Positions 1-13,000 of a DNA stretch of 64,000 bases are shown piece by piece; positions within the stretch are counted from its first letter, which is position 1, and every line of letters starts with the position of its first letter. The translations under genes were made by a program, and so were the position numbers. This DNA is from Auanema rhodensis (taxonomy: Eukaryota; Animalia; Nematoda): NCBI GenBank assembly GCA_964057225.1, contig OZ059899.1:4650001-4714000 (forward strand), given 5' to 3'. The notes beneath the pieces were generated by a model, which was given only the letters and a program-made list of their open reading frames with translations, was not told the origin of the DNA and did not search any database.

Positions 1-351
1 GATATAAGTTCACACTTATATCCTCGATTTTCACCCTGAAGAATCAATTTTTTCGTTGAATAACATTGTCCATCGTCTTTGCCTTGAAAAAAGGAATCTA
101 GAAGCATCTACTTTTTGCTAAATTATTTTGAAATTTTTCGAAAAAATTTTTGTCAAAATGTTTTTGGAAGCAATGTTGAGTGTACATGGAAACTCAACAT
201 ACACTAATGCATCATTTTTCAAACGATCATAACTGATTTTTGTATTAAGCGTTTCTCAATGTAGTATAGTGCATTCGATGCGGATTTTTAAGCTGCGTCG
301 ATCCGTGTTATCAGATTTCCGCTAGCTTAAAAATGCACCGAGATATCAACT
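1..351 (+). repeat. Representative satellite monomer containing several internal inverted repeats
   Basis: GATATAAGT(1-9)/ACTTATATC(14-22); TTTTTCGAAAAA palindrome (134-145); ATGTTGAGT(173-181)/ACTCAACAT(192-200); ATTTTTAAGCT(284-294)/AGCTTAAAAAT(324-334); ATATCA-AC-TGATAT across the monomer boundary (343-356). Confidence 0.95.
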
Positions 352-3300
352 GATATAAGTTCACACTTATATCCTCGATTTTCACCCTGAAGAATTAATT
401 TTTTCGTTGAATAACATTGTTCATCGTCTTTGCCTTGAAAAAAGGAATCTAAAAACATCTACTTTTTGCTAAATTATTTTGAAATTTTTCGAAAAAATTT
501 TTGTCAAAATGTTTTTGGAAGCAATGTTGAGTGTACATGGAAACTCAACATACACTAATGCATCATTTTTCAAACGATCATAACTGATTTTTGTATCAAG
601 CGTTTCTCAATGTAGTATAGTGCATTCGATGCGGATTTTTAAGCTGCGTCGATCTGTGTTATCAGATTTGCGCTAGCTTAAAAATGCACCGAGATATCAA
701 CTGATATATGTTCACACTTATATCCTCGATTTTCACCCTGAAGAATTAATTTTTTCGTTGAATAACATTGTCCATCGTCTTTGCCTTGAAAAAAGGAATC
801 TAAAAACATCTACTTTTTCCTAATTATTTTGAAATTTTTCGAAAAAATTTTTGTCAAAATGTTTTTGGAAGCAATGTTGAGTGTACATGGAAACTCAACA
901 TACACTAATGCATCATTTTTCAAACGATCATAACTGATTTTTGTATTAAGCGTTTCTCAATGTAGTATAGTGCATTCGATGCGGATTTTTAAGCTGCGTC
1001 GATCTGTGTTATCAGATTTGCGCTAGCTTAAAAATGCACCGAGATATCAACTGATATATGTTCACACTTATATCCTCGATTTTCACCCTGAAGAATCAAT
1101 TTTTTCATTGAATAACATTGTCCATCGTCTTTGCCTTGAAAAAAGAAATCTAAAAACATCTACTTTTTGCTAAATTATTCTGAAATTTTTCGAAAAAATT
1201 TTTGTCAAAATGTTTTTGGAAGCAATGTTGAGTGTACATGGAAACTCAACATACACTAATGCATCATTTTTCAAACGATCATAACTGATTTTTGTATTGA
1301 GCGTTTCTCAATGTAGTATAGTGCATTCGATGCGGATTTTTAAGCTGCGTCGATCTGTGTTATCAGATTTGCGCTAGCTTAAAAATGCACCGAGATATCA
1401 ACTGATATAAGTTCACACTTATATCCTCGATTTTCACCCTGAAGAATCAATTTTTTCGTTGAATAACATTGTCCATCGTCTTTGCCTTGAAAAAAGGAAT
1501 CTAGAAGCATCTACTTTTTGCTAAATTATTTTGAAATTTTTCGAAAAAATTTTTGTCAAAATGTTTTTGGAAGCAATGTTGAGTGTACATGGAAACTCAA
1601 CATACACTAATGCATCATTTTTCAAACGATCATAACTGATTTTTGTATTAAGCGTTTCTCAATGTAGTATAGTGCATTCGATGCGGATTTTTAAGCTGCG
1701 TCGATCCGTGTTATCAGATTTCCGCTAGCTTAAAAATGCACCGAGATATCAACTGATATAAGTTCACACTTATATCCTCGATTTTCACCCTGAAGAATTA
1801 ATTTTTTCGTTGAATAACATTGTTCATCGTCTTTGCCTTGAAAAAAGGAATCTAAAAACATCTACTTTTTGCTAAATTATTTTGAAATTTTTCGAAAAAA
1901 TTTTTGTCAAAATGTTTTTGGAAGCAATGTTGAGTGTACATGGAAACTCAACATACACTAATGCATCATTTTTCAAACGATCATAACTGATTTTTGTATC
2001 AAGCGTTTCTCAATGTAGTATAGTGCATTCGATGCGGATTTTTAAGCTGCGTCGATCTGTGTTATCAGATTTGCGCTAGCTTAAAAATGCACCGAGATAT
2101 CAACTGATATATGTTCACACTTATATCCTCGATTTTCACCCTGAAGAATTAATTTTTTCGTTGAATAACATTGTCCATCGTCTTTGCCTTGAAAAAAGGA
2201 ATCTAAAAACATCTACTTTTTCCTAATTATTTTGAAATTTTTCGAAAAAATTTTTGTCAAAATGTTTTTGGAAGCAATGTTGAGTGTACATGGAAACTCA
2301 ACATACACTAATGCATCATTTTTCAAACAATCATAACTGATTTTTGTATTGAGCGTTTCTCAATGTAGTATAGTGCATTCGATGCGGATTTTTAAGCTGC
2401 GTCGATCTGTGTTATCAGATTTGCGCTAGCTTAAAAATGCACCGAGATATCAACTGATATAAGTTCACACTTATATCCTCGATTTTCACCCTGAAGAATC
2501 AATTTTTTCGTTGAATAACATTGTCCATCGTCTTTGCCTTGAAAAAAGGAATCTAGAAGCATCTACTTTTTGCTAAATTATTTTGAAATTTTTCGAAAAA
2601 ATTTTTGTCAAAATGTTTTTGGAAGCAATGTTGAGTGTACATGGAAACTCAACATACACTAATGCATCATTTTTCAAACGATCATAACTGATTTTTGTAT
2701 TAAGCGTTTCTCAATGTAGTATAGTGCATTCGATGCGGATTTTTAAGCTGCGTCGATCCGTGTTATCAGATTTCCGCTAGCTTAAAAATGCACCGAGATA
2801 TCAACTGATATAAGTTCACACTTATATCCTCGATTTTCACCCTGAAGAATTAATTTTTTCGTTGAATAACATTGTTCATCGTCTTTGCCTTGAAAAAAGG
2901 AATCTAAAAACATCTACTTTTTGCTAAATTATTTTGAAATTTTTCGAAAAAATTTTTGTCAAAATGTTTTTGGAAGCAATGTTGAGTGTACATGGAAACT
3001 CAACATACACTAATGCATCATTTTTCAAACGATCATAACTGATTTTTGTATCAAGCGTTTCTCAATGTAGTATAGTGCATTCGATGCGGATTTTTAAGCT
3101 GCGTCGATCTGTGTTATCAGATTTGCGCTAGCTTAAAAATGCACCGAGATATCAACTGATATATGTTCACACTTATATCCTCGATTTTCACCCTGAAGAA
3201 TTAATTTTTTCGTTGAATAACATTGTCCATCGTCTTTGCCTTGAAAAAAGGAATCTAAAAACATCTACTTTTTCCTAATTATTTTGAAATTTTTCGAAAA

Positions 3301-6300
3301 AATTTTTGTCAAAATGTTTTTGGAAGCAATGTTGAGTGTACATGGAAACTCAACATACACTAATGCATCATTTTTCAAACGATCATAACTGATTTTTGTA
3401 TCAAGCGTTTCTCAATGTAGTATAGTGCATTCGATGCGGATTTTTAAGCTGCGTCGATCTGTGTTATCAGATTTGCGCTAGCTTAAAATTGCACCGAGAT
3501 ATCAACTGATATATGTTCACACTTATATCCTCGATTTTCACCCTGAAGAATCAATTTTTTCATTGAATAACATTGTCCATCGTCTTTGCCTTGAAAAAAG
3601 AAATCTAAAAACATCTACTTTTTGCTAAATTATTTTGAAATTTTTCGAAAAAATTTTTGTCAAAATGTTTTTGGAAGCAATGTTGAGTGTACATGGAAAC
3701 TCAACATACACTAATGCATCATTTTTCAAACGATCATAACTGATTTTTGTATTAAGCGTTTCTCAATGTAGTATAGTGCATTCGATGCGGATTTTTAAGC
3801 TGCGTCGATCTGTGTTATCAGATTTGCGCTAGCTTAAAAATGCACCGAGATATCAACTGATATAAGTTCACACTTATATCCTCGATTTTCACCCTGAAGA
3901 ATCAATTTTTTCGTTGAATAACATTGTCCATCGTCTTTGCCTTGAAAAAAGGAATCTAGAAGCATCTACTTTTTGCTAAATTATTCTGAAATTTTTCGAA
4001 AAAATTTTTGTCAAAATGTTTTTGGAAGCAATGTTGAGTGTACATGGAAACTCAACATACACTAATGCATCATTTTTCAAACGATCATAACTGATTTTTG
4101 TATCAAGCGTTTCTCAATGTAGTATAGTGCATTCGATGCGGATTTTTAAGCTGCGTCGATCTGTGTTATCAGATTTGCGCTAGCTTAAAATTGCACCGAG
4201 ATATCAACTGATATATGTTCACACTTATATCCTCGATTTTCACCCTGAAGAATCAATTTTTTCATTGAATAACATTGTCCATCGTCTTTGCCTTGAAAAA
4301 AGAAATCTAAAAACATCTACTTTTTGCTAAATTATTTTGAAATTTTTCGAAAAAATTTTTGTCAAAATGTTTTTGGAAGCAATGTTGAGTGTACATGGAA
4401 ACTCAACATACACTAATGCATCATTTTTCAAACGATCATAACTGATTTTTGTATCAAGCGTTTCTCAATGTAGTATAGTGCATTCGATGCGGATTTTTAA
4501 GCTGCGTCGATCTGTGTTATCAGATTTGCGCTAGCTTAAAAATGCACCGAGATATCAACTGATATATGTTCACACTTATATCCTCGATTTTCACCCTGAA
4601 GAATTAATTTTTTCGTTGAATAACATTGTCCATCGTCTTTGCCTTGAAAAAAGGAATCTAAAAACATCTACTTTTTCCTAATTATTTTGAAATTTTTCGA
4701 AAAAATTTTTGTCAAAATGTTTTTGGAAGCAATGTTGAGTGTACATGGAAACTCAACATACACTAATGCATCATTTTTCAAACAATCATAACTGATTTTT
4801 GTATTGAGCGTTTCTCAATGTAGTATAGTGCATTCGATGCGGATTTTTAAGCTGCGTCGATCTGTGTTATCAGATTTGCGCTAGCTTAAAAATGCACCGA
4901 GATATCAACTGATATAAGTTCACACTTATATCCTCGATTTTCACCCTGAAGAATCAATTTTTTCGTTGAATAACATTGTCCATCGTCTTTGCCTTGAAAA
5001 AAGGAATCTAGAAGCATCTACTTTTTGCTAAATTATTTTGAAATTTTTCGAAAAAATTTTTGTCAAAATGTTTTTGGAAGCAATGTTGAGTGTACATGGA
5101 AACTCAACATACACTAATGCATCATTTTTCAAACGATCATAACTGATTTTTGTATTAAGCGTTTCTCAATGTAGTATAGTGCATTCGATGCGGATTTTTA
5201 AGCTGCGTCGATCCGTGTTATCAGATTTCCGCTAGCTTAAAAATGCACCGAGATATCAACTGATATAAGTTCACACTTATATCCTCGATTTTCACCCTGA
5301 AGAATTAATTTTTTCGTTGAATAACATTGTTCATCGTCTTTGCCTTGAAAAAAGGAATCTAAAAACATCTACTTTTTGCTAAATTATTTTGAAATTTTTC
5401 GAAAAAATTTTTGTCAAAATGTTTTTGGAAGCAATGTTGAGTGTACATGGAAACTCAACATACACTAATGCATCATTTTTCAAACGATCATAACTGATTT
5501 TTGTATCAAGCGTTTCTCAATGTAGTATAGTGCATTCGATGCGGATTTTTAAGCTGCGTCGATCTGTGTTATCAGATTTGCGCTAGCTTAAAAATGCACC
5601 GAGATATCAACTGATATATGTTCACACTTATATCCTCGATTTTCACCCTGAAGAATTAATTTTTTCGTTGAATAACATTGTCCATCGTCTTTGCCTTGAA
5701 AAAAGGAATCTAAAAACATCTACTTTTTCCTAATTATTTTGAAATTTTTCGAAAAAATTTTTGTCAAAATGTTTTTGGAAGCAATGTTGAGTGTACATGG
5801 AAACTCAACATACACTAATGCATCATTTTTCAAACGATCATAACTGATTTTTGTATCAAGCGTTTCTCAATGTAGTATAGTGCATTCGATGCGGATTTTT
5901 AAGCTGCGTCGATCTGTGTTATCAGATTTGCGCTAGCTTAAAATTGCACCGAGATATCAACTGATATATGTTCACACTTATATCCTCGATTTTCACCCTG
6001 AAGAATCAATTTTTTCATTGAATAACATTGTCCATCGTCTTTGCCTTGAAAAAAGAAATCTAAAAACATCTACTTTTTGCTAAATTATTTTGAAATTTTT
6101 CGAAAAAATTTTTGTCAAAATGTTTTTGGAAGCAATGTTGAGTGTACATGGAAACTCAACATACACTAATGCATCATTTTTCAAACGATCATAACTGATT
6201 TTTGTATTAAGCGTTTCTCAATGTAGTATAGTGCATTCGATGCGGATTTTTAAGCTGCGTCGATCTGTGTTATCAGATTTGCGCTAGCTTAAAAATGCAC

Positions 6301-7015
6301 CGAGATATCAACTGATATAAGTTCACACTTATATCCTCGATTTTCACCCTGAAGAATCAATTTTTTCGTTGAATAACATTGTCCATCGTCTTTGCCTTGA
6401 AAAAAGGAATCTAGAAGCATCTACTTTTTGCTAAATTATTTTGAAATTTTTCGAAAAAATTTTTGTCAAAATGTTTTTGGAAGCAATGTTGAGTGTACAT
6501 GGAAACTCAACATACACTAATGCATCATTTTTCAAACGATCATAACTGATTTTTGTATCAAGCGTTTCTCAATGTAGTATAGTGCATTCGATGCGGATTT
6601 TTAAGCTGCGTCGATCTGTGTTATCAGATTTGCGCTAGCTTAAAATTGCACCGAGATATCAACTGATATATGTTCACACTTATATCCTCGATTTTCACCC
6701 TGAAGAATCAATTTTTTCATTGAATAACATTGTCCATCGTCTTTGCCTTGAAAAAAGAAATCTAAAAACATCTACTTTTTGCTAAATTATTTTGAAATTT
6801 TTCGAAAAAATTTTTGTCAAAATGTTTTTGGAAGCAATGTTGAGTGTACATGGAAACTCAACATACACTAATGCATCATTTTTCAAACGATCATAACTGA
6901 TTTTTGTATTAAGCGTTTCTCAATGTAGTATAGTGCATTCGATGCGGATTTTTAAGCTGCGTCGATCTGTGTTATCAGATTTGCGCTAGCTTAAAAATGC
7001 ACCGAGATATCAACT
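1..7015 (+). repeat. Variable 3/4/7-mer higher-order repeat domain
   Basis: The linked GATCCG/TTTCCG marker is at 304, 1707, 2759 and 5214 (spacings 1403, 1052, 2455 = 4, 3, 7 monomers). It is followed each time by the TGTTCATC monomer and the 350-bp TTCCTAATT monomer. The CAAACAATC marker is at ~2329 and ~4784 (2455 apart). Confidence 0.85.
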
Positions 7016-10000
7016 GATATAAGTTCACACTTATATCCTCGATTTTCACCCTGAAGAATCAATTTTTTCGTTGAATAACATTGTCCATCGTCTTTGCCTT
7101 GAAAAAAGGAATCTAGAAGCATCTACTTTTTGCTAAATTATTTTGAAATTTTTCGAAAAAATTTTTGTCAAAATGTTTTTGGAAGCAATGTTGAGTGTAC
7201 ATGGAAACTCAACATACACTAATGCATCATTTTTCAAACGATCATAACTGATTTTTGTATTAAGCGTTTCTCAATGTAGTATAGTGCATTCGATGCGGAT
7301 TTTTAAGCTGCGTCGATCTGTGTTATCAGATTTGCGCTAGCTTAAAAATGCACCGAGATATCAACTGATATAAGTTCACACATATATCCTCGATTTTCAC
7401 CCTGAAGAATCAATTTTTTCGTTGAATAACATTGTCCATCGTCTTTGCCTTGAAAAAAGAAATCTAAAAACATCTACTTTTTGCTAAATTAGTTTGAAAT
7501 TTTTCGAAAAAATTTTTGTCAAAATGTTTTTGGAAGCAATGTTGAGTGTACATGGAAACTCAACATACACTAATGCATCATTTTTCAAACGATCATAACT
7601 GATTTTTGTATTAAGCGTTTCTCAATGTAGTATAGTGCATTCGATGCGGATTTTTAAGCTGCGTCGATCTGTGTTATCAGATTTGCGCTAGCTTAAAAAT
7701 GCACCGAGATATCAACTGATATAAGTTCACACTTATATCCTCGATTTTCACCCTGAAGAATCAATTTTTTCGTTGAATAACATTGTCCATCGTCTTTGCC
7801 TTGAAAAAAGGAATCTAGAAGCATCTACTTTTTGCTAAATTATTTTGAAATTTTTCGAAAAAATTTTTGTCAAAATGTTTTTGGAAGCAATGTTGAGTGT
7901 ACATGGAAACTCAACATACACTAATGCATCATTTTTCAAACGATCATAACTGATTTTTGTATCAAGCGTTTCTCAATGTAGTATAGTGCATTCGATGCGG
8001 ATTTTTAAGCTGCGTCGATCTGTGTTATCAGATTTGCGCTAGCTTAAAATTGCACCGAGATATCAACTGATATATGTTCACACTTATATCCTCGATTTTC
8101 ACCCTGAAGAATCAATTTTTTCATTGAATAACATTGTCCATCGTCTTTGCCTTGAAAAAAGAAATCTAAAAACATCTACTTTTTGCTAAATTATTTTGAA
8201 ATTTTTCGAAAAAATTTTTGTCAAAATGTTTTTGGAAGCAATGTTGAGTGTACATGGAAACTCAACATACACTAATGCATCATTTTTCAAACGATCATAA
8301 CTGATTTTTGTATTAAGCGTTTCTCAATGTAGTATAGTGCATTCGATGCGGATTTTTAAGCTGCGTCGATCTGTGTTATCAGATTTGCGCTAGCTTAAAA
8401 ATGCACCGAGATATCAACTGATATAAGTTCACACTTATATCCTCGATTTTCACCCTGAAGAATCAATTTTTTCGTTGAATAACATTGTCCATCGTCTTTG
8501 CCTTGAAAAAAGGAATCTAGAAGCATCTACTTTTTGCTAAATTATTTTGAAATTTTTCGAAAAAATTTTTGTCAAAATGTTTTTGGAAGCAATGTTGAGT
8601 GTACATGGAAACTCAACATACACTAATGCATCATTTTTCAAACGATCATAACTGATTTTTGTATTAAGCGTTTCTCAATGTAGTATAGTGCATTCGATGC
8701 GGATTTTTAAGCTGCGTCGATCTGTGTTATCAGATTTGCGCTAGCTTAAAAATGCACCGAGATATCAACTGATATAAGTTCACACATATATCCTCGATTT
8801 TCACCCTGAAGAATCAATTTTTTCGTTGAATAACATTGTCCATCGTCTTTGCCTTGAAAAAAGAAATCTAAAAACATCTACTTTTTGCTAAATTAGTTTG
8901 AAATTTTTCGAAAAAATTTTTGTCAAAATGTTTTTGGAAGCAATGTTGAGTGTACATGGAAACTCAACATACACTAATGCATCATTTTTCAAACGATCAT
9001 AACTAATTTTTGTATTAAGCGTTTCTCAATGTAGTATAGTGCATTCGATGCGGATTTTTAAGCTGCGTCGATCTGTGTTATCAGATTTGCGCTAGCTTAA
9101 AAATGCACCGAGATATCAACTGATATAAGTTCACACTTATATCCTCGATTTTCACCCTGAAGAATCAATTTTTTCGTTGAATAACATTGTCCATCGTCTT
9201 TGCCTTGAAAAAAGAAATCTAAAAACATCTACTTTTTGCTAAATTATTTTGAAATTTTTCGAAAAAATTTTTGTCAAAATGTTTTTGGAAGCAATGTTGA
9301 GTGTACATGGAAACTCAACATACACTAATGCATCATTTTTCAAACGATCATAACTGATTTTTGTATCAAGCGTTTCTCAATGTAGTATAGTGAATTCGAT
9401 GCGGATTTTTAAGCTGCGTCGATCTGTGTTATCAGATTTGCGCTAGCTTAAAAATGCACCGAGATATCAACTGATATATGTTCACACTTATATCCTCGAT
9501 TTTCACCCTGAAGAATTAATTTTTTCGTTGAATAACATTGTCCATCGTCTTTGCCTTGAAAAAAGGAATCTAGAAGCATCTACTTTTTGCTAAATTATTT
9601 TGAAATTTTTCGAAAAAATTTTTGTCAAAATGTTTTTGGAAGCAATGTTGAGTGCACATGGAAACTCAACATACACTAATGCATCATTTTTCAAACGATC
9701 ATAACTGATTTTTGTATTAAGCGTTTCTCAATGTAGTATAGTGCATTCGATGCGGATTTTTAAGCTGCGTCGATCTGTGTTATCAGATTTGCGCTAGCTT
9801 AAAAATGCACCGAGATATCAACTGATATAAGTTCACACTTATATCCTCGATTTTCACCCTGAAGAATCAATTTTTTCGTTGAATAACATTGTCCATCGTC
9901 TTTGCCTTGAAAAAAGAAATCTAAAAACATCTACTTTTTGCTAAATTATTTTGAAATTTTTCGAAAAAAATTTTGTCAAAATGTTTTTGGAAGCAATGTT

Positions 10001-13000
10001 GAGTGTACATGGAAACTCAACATACACTAATGCATCATTTTTCAAACGATCATAACTGATTTTTGTATTAAGCGTTTCTCAATGTAGTATAGTGCATTCG
10101 ATGCGGATTTTTAAGCTGCGTCGATCTGTGTTATCAGATTTGCGCTAGCTTAAAAATGCACCGAGATATCAACTGATATATGTTCACACTTATATCCTCG
10201 ATTTTCACCCTGAAGAATCAATTTTTTCATTGAATAACATTGTCCATCGTCTTTGCCTTGAAAAAAGAAATCTAAAAACATCTACTTTTTGCTAAATTAT
10301 TCTGAAATTTTTCGAAAAAATTTTTGTCAAAATGTTTTTGGAAGCAATGTTGAGTGTACATGGAAACTCAACATACACTAATGCATCATTTTTCAAACGA
10401 TCATAACTGATTTTTGTATTGAGCGTTTCTCAATGTAGTATAGTGCATTCGATGCGGATTTTTAAGCTGCGTCGATCTGTGTTATCAGATTTGCGCTAGC
10501 TTAAAAATGCACCGAGATATCAACTGATATAAGTTCACACTTATATCCTCGATTTTCACCCTGAAGAATCAATTTTTTCGTTGAATAACATTGTCCATCG
10601 TCTTTGCCTTGAAAAAAGGAATCTAGAAGCATCTACTTTTTGCTAAATTATTTTGAAATTTTTCGAAAAAATTTTTGTCAAAATGTTTTTGGAAGCAATG
10701 TTGAGTGTACATGGAAACTCAACATACACTAATGCATCATTTTTCAAACGATCATAACTGATTTTTGTATTAAGCGTTTCTCAATGTAGTATAGTGCATT
10801 CGATGCGGATTTTTAAGCTGCGTCGATCCGTGTTATCAGATTTCCGCTAGCTTAAAAATGCACCGAGATATCAACTGATATAAGTTCACACTTATATCCT
10901 CGATTTTCACCCTGAAGAATCAATTTTTTCGTTGAATAACATTGTCCATCGTCTTTGCCTTGAAAAAAAAATCTAAAAACATCTACTTTTTGCTAAATTA
11001 TCTTGAAATTTTTCGAAAAAATTTTTGTCAAAATGTTTTTGGAAGCAATGTTGAGTGTACATGGAAACTCAACATACACTAATGCATCATTTTTCAAACG
11101 ATCATAACTGATTTTTGTATTAAGCGTTTCTCAATGTAGTATAGTGCATTCGATGCGGATTTTTAAGCTGCGTCGATCTGTGTTATCAGATTTGCGCTAG
11201 CTTAAAAATGCACCGAGATATCAACTGATATATGTTCACACTTATATCCTCGATTTTCACCCTGAAGAATTAATTTTTTCGTTGAATAACATTGTCCATC
11301 GTCTTTGCCTTGAAAAAAGAAATCTAGAAGCATCTACTTTTTGCTAAATTATTTTGAAATTTTTCGAAAAAATTTTTGTCAAAATGTTTTTGGAAGCAAT
11401 GTTGAGTGTACATGGAAACTCAACATACACTAATGCATCATTTTTCAAACGATCATAACTGATTTTTGTATTGAGCGTTTCTCAATGTAGTATAGTGCAT
11501 TCGATGCGGATTTTTAAGCTGCGTCGATCTGTGTTATCAGATTTGCGCTAGCTTAAAAATGCACCGAGATATCAACTGATATAAGTTCACACTTATATCC
11601 TCGATTTTCACCCTGAAGAATCAATTTTTTCGTTGAATAACATTGTCCATCGTCTTTGCCTTGAAAAAAGGAATCTAGAAGCATCTACTTTTTGCTAAAT
11701 TATTTTGAAATTTTTCGAAAAAATTTTTGTCAAAATGTTTTTGGAAGCAATGTTGAGTGTACATGGAAACTCAACATACACTAATGCATCATTTTTCAAA
11801 CGATCATAACTGATTTTTGTATTAAGCGTTTCTCAATGTAGTATAGTGCATTCGATGCGGATTTTTAAGCTGCGTCGATCCGTGTTATCAGATTTCCGCT
11901 AGCTTAAAAATGCACCGAGATATCAACTGATATAAGTTCACACTTATATCCTCGATTTTCACCCTGAAGAATCAATTTTTTCGTTGAATAACATTGTCCA
12001 TCGTCTTTGCCTTGAAAAAAAAATCTAAAAACATCTACTTTTTGCTAAATTATCTTGAAATTTTTCGAAAAAATTTTTGTCAAAATGTTTTTGGAAGCAA
12101 TGTTGAGTGTACATGGAAACTCAACATACACTAATGCATCATTTTTCAAACGATCATAACTGATTTTTGTATTAAGCGTTTCTCAATGTAGTATAGTGCA
12201 TTCGATGCGGATTTTTAAGCTGCGTCGATCTGTGTTATCAGATTTGCGCTAGCTTAAAAATGCACCGAGATATCAACTGATATATGTTCACACTTATATC
12301 CTCGATTTTCACCCTGAAGAATTAATTTTTTCGTTGAATAACATTGTCCATCGTCTTTGCCTTGAAAAAAGGAATCTAGAAGCATCTACTTTTTGCTAAA
12401 TTATTTTGAAATTTTTCGAAAAAATTTTTGTCAAAATGTTTTTGGAAGCAATGTTGAGTGTACATGGAAACTCAACATACACTAATGCATCATTTTTCAA
12501 ACGATCATAACTGATTTTTGTATTAAGCGTTTCTCAATGTAGTATAGTGCATTCGATGCGGATTTTTAAGCTGCGTCGATCTGTGTTATCAGATTTGCGC
12601 TAGCTTAAAAATGCACCGAGATATCAACTGATATAAGTTCACACTTATATCCTCGATTTTCACCCTGAAGAATCAATTTTATCGTTGAATAACATTGTCC
12701 ATCGTCTTTGCCTTGAAAGAAGAAATCTAAAAACATCTACTTTTTGCTAAATTATTTTGAAATTTTTCGAAAAAATTTTTGTCAAAATGTTTTTGGAAGC
12801 AATGTTGAGTGTACATGGAAACTCAACATACACTAATGCATCATTTTTCAAACGATCATAACTAATTTTTGTATTAAGCGTTTCTCAATGTAGTATAGTG
12901 CATTCGATGCGGATTTTTAAGCTGCGTCGATCTGTGTTATCAGATTTGCGCCAGCTTAAAAATGCACCGAGATATCAACTGATATAAGTTCACACTTATA

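Noticed and set aside
12-262. Ancient dimer structure (ACACTTATATCCTCGATTTTCA at 12 versus ACACTAATGCATCATTTTTCA at 201)
   Set aside because: The similarity is short and weak in AT-rich DNA. It cannot be separated from chance without a shuffled self-alignment test.
1-351. Tandem 5S rRNA, tRNA, snRNA or spliced-leader gene array
   Set aside because: I recognise no conserved motifs of these RNAs, and the unit is very AT-rich. An Rfam/Infernal search would be the decisive test.
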